Shown here piece by piece: positions 59,320-64,000 of a stretch of DNA of 64,000 bases. Each line of letters starts with the position of its first letter. Position 1 is the stretch's first letter. Position numbers and translations under genes: made by a program. The notes under the pieces are model-generated. The model was not told where the DNA came from, ran no database searches, and worked only from the letters and a program-made list of their open reading frames with translations. Location of the stretch: positions 1-64,000 of the forward strand of contig JAAFKI010000154.1 in the NCBI GenBank assembly GCA_021399345.1, given 5' to 3'. Origin of the DNA: Candidatus Heimdallarchaeota archaeon (GTDB taxonomy: Archaea; Asgardarchaeota; Heimdallarchaeia; Heimdallarchaeales; Heimdallarchaeaceae).

Positions 59320-60540
59320 ATGTCTACTCTTTTCATGAGTTCAGAAAAATCAAAAGTCTATTTCGGTTCTGTTCAACATGGAAGAAATTCCGCTTTTGCT
59401 TCTTTTGCTGCAAAGGTTGACAAAATCACAGAACTTTTACTTGAAGAAACACCCATTGAGAAGAAGGATAAGGTTGCTGTTAAAATGCACCTTGGTTTCA
59501 ACGATGGTTATCAAACTGTTCCTGTTTTTTTTGTTCGTAAAATAGTAGAAGCTGTTAAAAAACGAGGGGGATATCCCTTTGTTACAGATAATCCCACTTC
59601 TGTTTATAATGCGGTCAACAGAGGGTACACTCAAGAGACATGTGGTTGTCCTATTATTCCAATAGCAGGTGTAAAAGATGGTTATACTACTCCTGTAGAA
59701 GTTAATTACAAAGGAATAGATACACTAGATCTTGCTGGAGCTTTGAAAGACGCAGATGTTTTAGTTGATTTGTCCCATGCTAAAGGTCATGGAGCTTGTG
59801 GTTATGGTGGTGCAATCAAAAATCTAGCCCTTGGTGGTTATTCAGGTCCAACCCGTTGGAGGAAAATCCATGGGGCATCCCACGTTGATGAATATTGGGA
59901 CAAAGCTAAAGGCAATCCAGAACTAGCAAAGAAGCTTGTTGAATCATGTCCTTACGGTGCCCTTCGATATGATGAAGAAAAGGATGACCTCAAAAGAAAT
60001 TATCACGACTGTCGCCAATGTATGACCTGTTTACAAGTTGATGGAGGTCTAGGAGCCGTTAAACTTCCACGTGAAAGCTATACTGCATTTAATGAAATGA
60101 TGGCAATCGCAACAAATGAAGTATTGAAAACCTTTGATCCTGCCAAAGTAATGTATATCAATTTCTTGACACAAATAACCATTTATTGCGATTGTATGGG
60201 TTTAGGCCAACCACCATTTATTAATGATATTGGTGTTGTTGGCAGCAAGGATATTGTTGCAGTTGAAACAGCCACACTTGATTTAATCAAAAAGGAAGAA
60301 ATAATAGAGAAAAACATTCCTCCTTACTTCAAACATGTCAACCTTAATCCCGATGAAGATCTTCACCCATTCACAAGAGTTCATGGACCATACAAAGATC
60401 CTTACGAAACAGTTGTTTTCGCAGAAAAACTGGGCTTGGGTACTTCCAAGTATGAATTAATTGAAATCTTATCTGCTGAAGAAACGATAAAGATGAAACC
60501 TCCAGACAAAGTGTTTGAAGGCGAACCCACCTTCTTTTAA
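59320..60540 (+). CDS. DUF362 Fe-S protein
   Basis: VAVKMH.G, SHAKGH...GGAIKN, CRQCMTC, CDC, DIG...SKD.VA. Confidence 0.88.
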   Translation: MSTLFMSSEKSKVYFGSVQHGRNSAFASFAAKVDKITELLLEETPIEKKDKVAVKMHLGFNDGYQTVPVFFVRKIVEAVKKRGGYPFVTDNPTSVYNAVNRGYTQETCGCPIIPIAGVKDGYTTPVEVNYKGIDTLDLAGALKDADVLVDLSHAKGHGACGYGGAIKNLALGGYSGPTRWRKIHGASHVDEYWDKAKGNPELAKKLVESCPYGALRYDEEKDDLKRNYHDCRQCMTCLQVDGGLGAVKLPRESYTAFNEMMAIATNEVLKTFDPAKVMYINFLTQITIYCDCMGLGQPPFINDIGVVGSKDIVAVETATLDLIKKEEIIEKNIPPYFKHVNLNPDEDLHPFTRVHGPYKDPYETVVFAEKLGLGTSKYELIEILSAEETIKMKPPDKVFEGEPTFF

Positions 60541-60553
60541 TTTTAATCTTTCT

Positions 60554-60937
60554 TTATTTTTCCTTTTTCTTTCCAAGCCATGTTGCAATTAAATCAGTTA
60601 TAGGACCATAAGCTATACCTGCCACAAAGGTTGTAAAGCTGAGATGAGGATCCATTAGCAGAACAGCTGCAGAAGTAATTAAACCAAAAATTGTTCCTCT
60701 AATTCCAGCATTTAACCATTTTTGCCATTGTTCTCCTTTGATAATTGTTATTCCATCAGCTAATCCAATGAGCATTCCTAAAACAACTCTCATTGCCCAA
60801 ATACCCATAAGGTAAACAATATTTTCAGCATAAGTTCCAGGAATACGTTGTCCCACACCAATTATACAAGCTACTCCTAATATGGCGCCAGTAAGTGTAG
60901 ATATCCAAAGACGTTTGTAATTAACCATTTTTCTCAA
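60554..60937 (-). CDS. 4-TM membrane protein
   Basis: Four hydrophobic segments. Confidence 0.75.
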   Translation of the reverse strand: MRKMVNYKRLWISTLTGAILGVACIIGVGQRIPGTYAENIVYLMGIWAMRVVLGMLIGLADGITIIKGEQWQKWLNAGIRGTIFGLITSAAVLLMDPHLSFTTFVAGIAYGPITDLIATWLGKKKEK

Positions 60938-61047
60938 CTTTACTTTATTGAAAGTAGCATAAAAATTCTACGTATAGACAAGAGTTTACAAAAGAGCTTG
61001 CAAGTCACATCGAATATTTTTTAAATCTTCATTACACTTTTGACCAA

Positions 61048-61986
61048 GTGAGCAAAATGGATTTGAAAGGTAGATCACTTCTATCATTAGAGGATTTCAC
61101 AGCAGATGAAATCCGTTTTCTTCTAGATGAATCTAAACGTTTGAAAGCTGATTTTAAGGCTTATAAAAGAACTAAACCACTTTCTGGTTTAACTTTGGGG
61201 ATGATTTTCCAGAAACGTTCAACTCGTACTAGAGTTTCAACAGAGGTTGCAATGTATAACCTAGGAGGGCATGCAATTTTCCTGAGTTCAGCAGATATTC
61301 AACTAGGCGCCGGTGAATCTATTAAGGACACATCCCGTGTTCTTGCAAGAATGGTTAACGGCATACTTGCGCGAGTTTATGCACATGAAGATGTTGCAGA
61401 GTTAGCTAAACATTCTACTGTTCCAGTTATCAATGCACTCTCAGATAAATACCATCCTCTCCAGATTCTTGCTGATCTTCTTACTATTGAAGAACATAAA
61501 GGCAAACTAGCTGGTTTAAAACTTGCATGGGTTGGTGATGGAAATAATGTTTGTAATTCATTATTAATTGGATGTGCAAAGATGGGTTTAAACATGTCAG
61601 TAGCTACACCAAAAGGTTACGAACCACCTAGTGATATTGTGGGAAATGCTGAACATTATGCAGAGGAAACTGGTGCCGAAATCACAATAACCAATGATGC
61701 TATTGCAGCAGTAACAAATGCAGATGTTGTTGTAACAGATACATTCATCTCTATGGGAGAAGAAAAGGAAGCAGCAGCTAAGCTCAAGGCTTTTGAGAAC
61801 TATGTTATCACCGAGGAACTTTGTGCTAACGCTAAATCTGATTATCTCTTTATGCACTGTTTACCCTACAAACATAAAGAAGCAACAGAAGAAGTTTTTG
61901 AAAGTGGAAATAGTGTAGTTTTTGATGAAGCTGAAAATAGATTACATACAGTTATGGCTGTTCTAAACGCTTTAATGGGAAGTTAA
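61048..61986 (+). CDS. argF: Ornithine carbamoyltransferase
   Basis: STRTR, HPLQ, GDGNNV, SMG, HCLP, EAENR. Confidence 0.95.
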   Translation: MSKMDLKGRSLLSLEDFTADEIRFLLDESKRLKADFKAYKRTKPLSGLTLGMIFQKRSTRTRVSTEVAMYNLGGHAIFLSSADIQLGAGESIKDTSRVLARMVNGILARVYAHEDVAELAKHSTVPVINALSDKYHPLQILADLLTIEEHKGKLAGLKLAWVGDGNNVCNSLLIGCAKMGLNMSVATPKGYEPPSDIVGNAEHYAEETGAEITITNDAIAAVTNADVVVTDTFISMGEEKEAAAKLKAFENYVITEELCANAKSDYLFMHCLPYKHKEATEEVFESGNSVVFDEAENRLHTVMAVLNALMGS

Positions 61987-62096
61987 AATTCCTCCTTTTT
62001 TTCATATTTTTAAACCATTTTCATAAACCATAATTAACTCAACTACATTGTTTTATACTGTCAACTTCTCAAAACAGAATATAGGTTGAGATGGAG

Positions 62097-62152
62097 GAAG
62101 CTAGCAAAAAGTGCCTTTATGAGAATTATGTTAACGTTGTCTTGCTAGCCTC
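62097..62152 (-). ncRNA. Putative small RNA copy C (GAAGCUAGC-stem family)
   Basis: 5' GAGGCTAGCAAG pairs with 3' TTTGCTAGCTTC (G.U pairs); TATA-like at 62175-62183. Confidence 0.55.
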
Positions 62153-62205
62153 AAATATATAATATCGATAATTGTTTAAAAACACAAAAAAAAGTGACAT
62201 ATAAA

Positions 62206-62388
62206 TCATCCAAAGAGGTTTTCAAAAGAAACTTGAGTCCAGTCTATTAAACTCATTATAATACCAAAAATAATTGCAAAAATGAGTATAGCTATGCCAA
62301 TTAGCAAGATCTCCTCTAAGATAGGGCCACCTTTTTTGTTCTTCAATCTTAAACTTTTCAACATTCGAAAGAGTAACATTTTAGTCAA
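62206..62388 (-). CDS. Small Flp/type IV pilin-like protein with a class III signal peptide
   Basis: KNKKG|GPILEEILLIGIAILIF: basic leader, Gly at -1, Glu at +5, hydrophobic helix. Confidence 0.7.
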   Translation of the reverse strand: MTKMLLFRMLKSLRLKNKKGGPILEEILLIGIAILIFAIIFGIIMSLIDWTQVSFENLFG

Positions 62389-62464
62389 AGGTAGTACTCA
62401 AGGTTAATATTTAAACTCAACAAAATATTGAAAGAAAGAAATGAATCTTATAAAGCAACCTTTG

Positions 62465-63349
62465 TCATGAAGTAACAATCTGTAATTCTGTTTCAACAAC
62501 TTCTTTTTCTGATGTAAGTTCTCTATCTGTTACATGTTTCCCCGCAATTATCTGTGATGCAATACCTGAAACAACCTTCTTTTTGATTTTCTTAGAACGT
62601 TTTGTTATCCAGATTAATGGTCTAAACATCTTTGGTCGTATGAGGTTTTCTTTTGGTTTTAGTATAAGTTTAACAATTTCTTGAGCCAATTTTGCAACTT
62701 TATATCCTTTGAACGATGTTTTTCCAATATTCGCTACTTGGTTAAATTCAGTATTATAAGGTCCTGGTAAAACAGTTGAAACCAATATTCCATGTCCTAG
62801 CATTTCTTCTCTTATACAATCATCAAATATTTTTACAGCTGATTTGGTGGCAGAGTAAACAGCGAATGGATATGTTGGAAGCATTGCCAAGGTAGAAGAT
62901 AAATTGATAATGTGCCCATGCCCTTGTTCTTTCATCACTTTTGCAGCTTTTTGAGTTAGTTTGATTAAAGAAACAATGTTTGTATCTATTAGTTCATTAA
63001 TTTCTTCCTCAGGTTGTTCTAGAAACAGATTTACTTTTCCTAATCCCGCATTATTAATGAAAACATCAATCGAACCAAAGGCTGTTATTGAAAAATCTAT
63101 AATTCTATTTCTATCATCACTGTCTCTAACATCAGCTGTTATTGGTAATACTTTCAGACCTAGTCTTCTCAGATCCTTTGCTGTCTGCATTAATTTTTTC
63201 TTTCTTCTTGCAACAATCACTATTTTTGGTTTATGTTCTGCCAAAGCAAGTGATACTGCTTTTCCTATTCCAGAAGAAGCTCCTGTAATAACTACCACTT
63301 TATCTCGAATAGGAGAATCCTTTACCTCTTTTACCCTAACATTATGCAT
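62465..63349 (-). CDS. Short-chain dehydrogenase/reductase
   Basis: TGASSGIG, NNAG, YSATK. Confidence 0.93.
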   Translation of the reverse strand: MHNVRVKEVKDSPIRDKVVVITGASSGIGKAVSLALAEHKPKIVIVARRKKKLMQTAKDLRRLGLKVLPITADVRDSDDRNRIIDFSITAFGSIDVFINNAGLGKVNLFLEQPEEEINELIDTNIVSLIKLTQKAAKVMKEQGHGHIINLSSTLAMLPTYPFAVYSATKSAVKIFDDCIREEMLGHGILVSTVLPGPYNTEFNQVANIGKTSFKGYKVAKLAQEIVKLILKPKENLIRPKMFRPLIWITKRSKKIKKKVVSGIASQIIAGKHVTDRELTSEKEVVETELQIVTS

Positions 63350-63442
63350 AATATCAGTAATGTTTCTAAAAAATTCTATAAAAACCCAAAAAATACGCTT
63401 AAGGGGTCAATGGTACAGAAATCGATCTTTGCTTTCAAAAAT

Positions 63443-64000
63443 TTAAATGAGTACGTGCTCTTTTCCTAAATCTTCCAACATTTCAATTGTATTCTTTCTT
63501 TGTTCTGATCTTGCTCCTTTCTTATCTATCAATGCTCCCACAGGTGATTCAATTGTTTTTTCAAACGCCTGTTTTAGAACATCTTTTGTCAAATCATCCA
63601 AAGAATGTTTAGCTGCTATGTGACTAATAAAGACATCTGGATTTTCCATCAGATATTTGTGAAAGCGGTAAGCATAGTGATTTCCCCCAATTCCAATGTA
63701 ACTTCGATTATCAAAATTTCCTCGCTGTATAAAACCTTGAGCTGTTTCAACTATAGCTTCAGCTACAGCCGTGGCACCTGTTTCATGCACCCAATATTCT
63801 TCACTACTGCCGAGTTCCATGAAAATAAGAGGGGTTGTTAATTTTGTAGGACCATGATGAGTTACTTCTAGGTCTACCTTAAATTCATCTAGTTTGAATT
63901 CTTCTTGTTTCTCTTTTAATTTCCTCAACCCGTAGTTCAAAGCCCAGCTTGAAGTGTAGGAAAGCTCAGATTCTCTACCTGCTAAAGTGATTTTTGACCA
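63443..64000 (-). CDS. dtdA: D-aminoacyl-tRNA deacylase (archaeal Dtd2 type), 5' end beyond the window
   Basis: EVTHHGP, FMELGS, GIGGNHY; frame stays open to 64000. Confidence 0.9.
   Translation of the reverse strand, partial: WSKITLAGRESELSYTSSWALNYGLRKLKEKQEEFKLDEFKVDLEVTHHGPTKLTTPLIFMELGSSEEYWVHETGATAVAEAIVETAQGFIQRGNFDNRSYIGIGGNHYAYRFHKYLMENPDVFISHIAAKHSLDDLTKDVLKQAFEKTIESPVGALIDKKGARSEQRKNTIEMLEDLGKEHVLI

Noticed and set aside
537-63841. Numerous 60-160 aa ORFs nested in or antisense to well-supported genes
   Set aside because: No motifs; explained as alternative-frame shadows

Overview
AT-rich archaeal chromosomal segment, most likely from an Asgard archaeon (inferred from eS26, a eukaryote-style presenilin, an Arf-family-like protein, tandem Lrp/wHTH and PCI/zinc-ribbon membrane proteins; Heimdallarchaeia-like is a guess). 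Most genes are housekeeping or metabolic: rps26e, rps19p, uvrBC, cysK, cysS, argF, nadX, Dtd2, hydantoinase AB, a MacB/FtsX ABC system and a Dpp/Opp ABC system. There are five tRNAs (Val, Asn, Thr, Ala and an intron-containing Phe), all with encoded CCA. Most notable observations: (1) three dispersed, homologous 56-82 nt putative small RNAs with a shared GAAGCUAGC/GCUAGCUUC terminal stem, G.U variation that favours the minus strand, and a TATA box at near-constant spacing; (2) a five-gene operon of an Arf-like pseudo-GTPase, AAA+ ATPase, vWA, zincin-like protein and HEAT protein; (3) a non-autonomous IS607-type element with a large 642-aa TnpB whose third RuvC catalytic Asp is His; (4) a DppB permease fused to an LVIVD beta-propeller in an operon with no substrate-binding protein; (5) a canonical ORB motif in a 400-bp intergenic region, a candidate replication origin. 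All family calls come from motif recognition by eye; no database searches were run.
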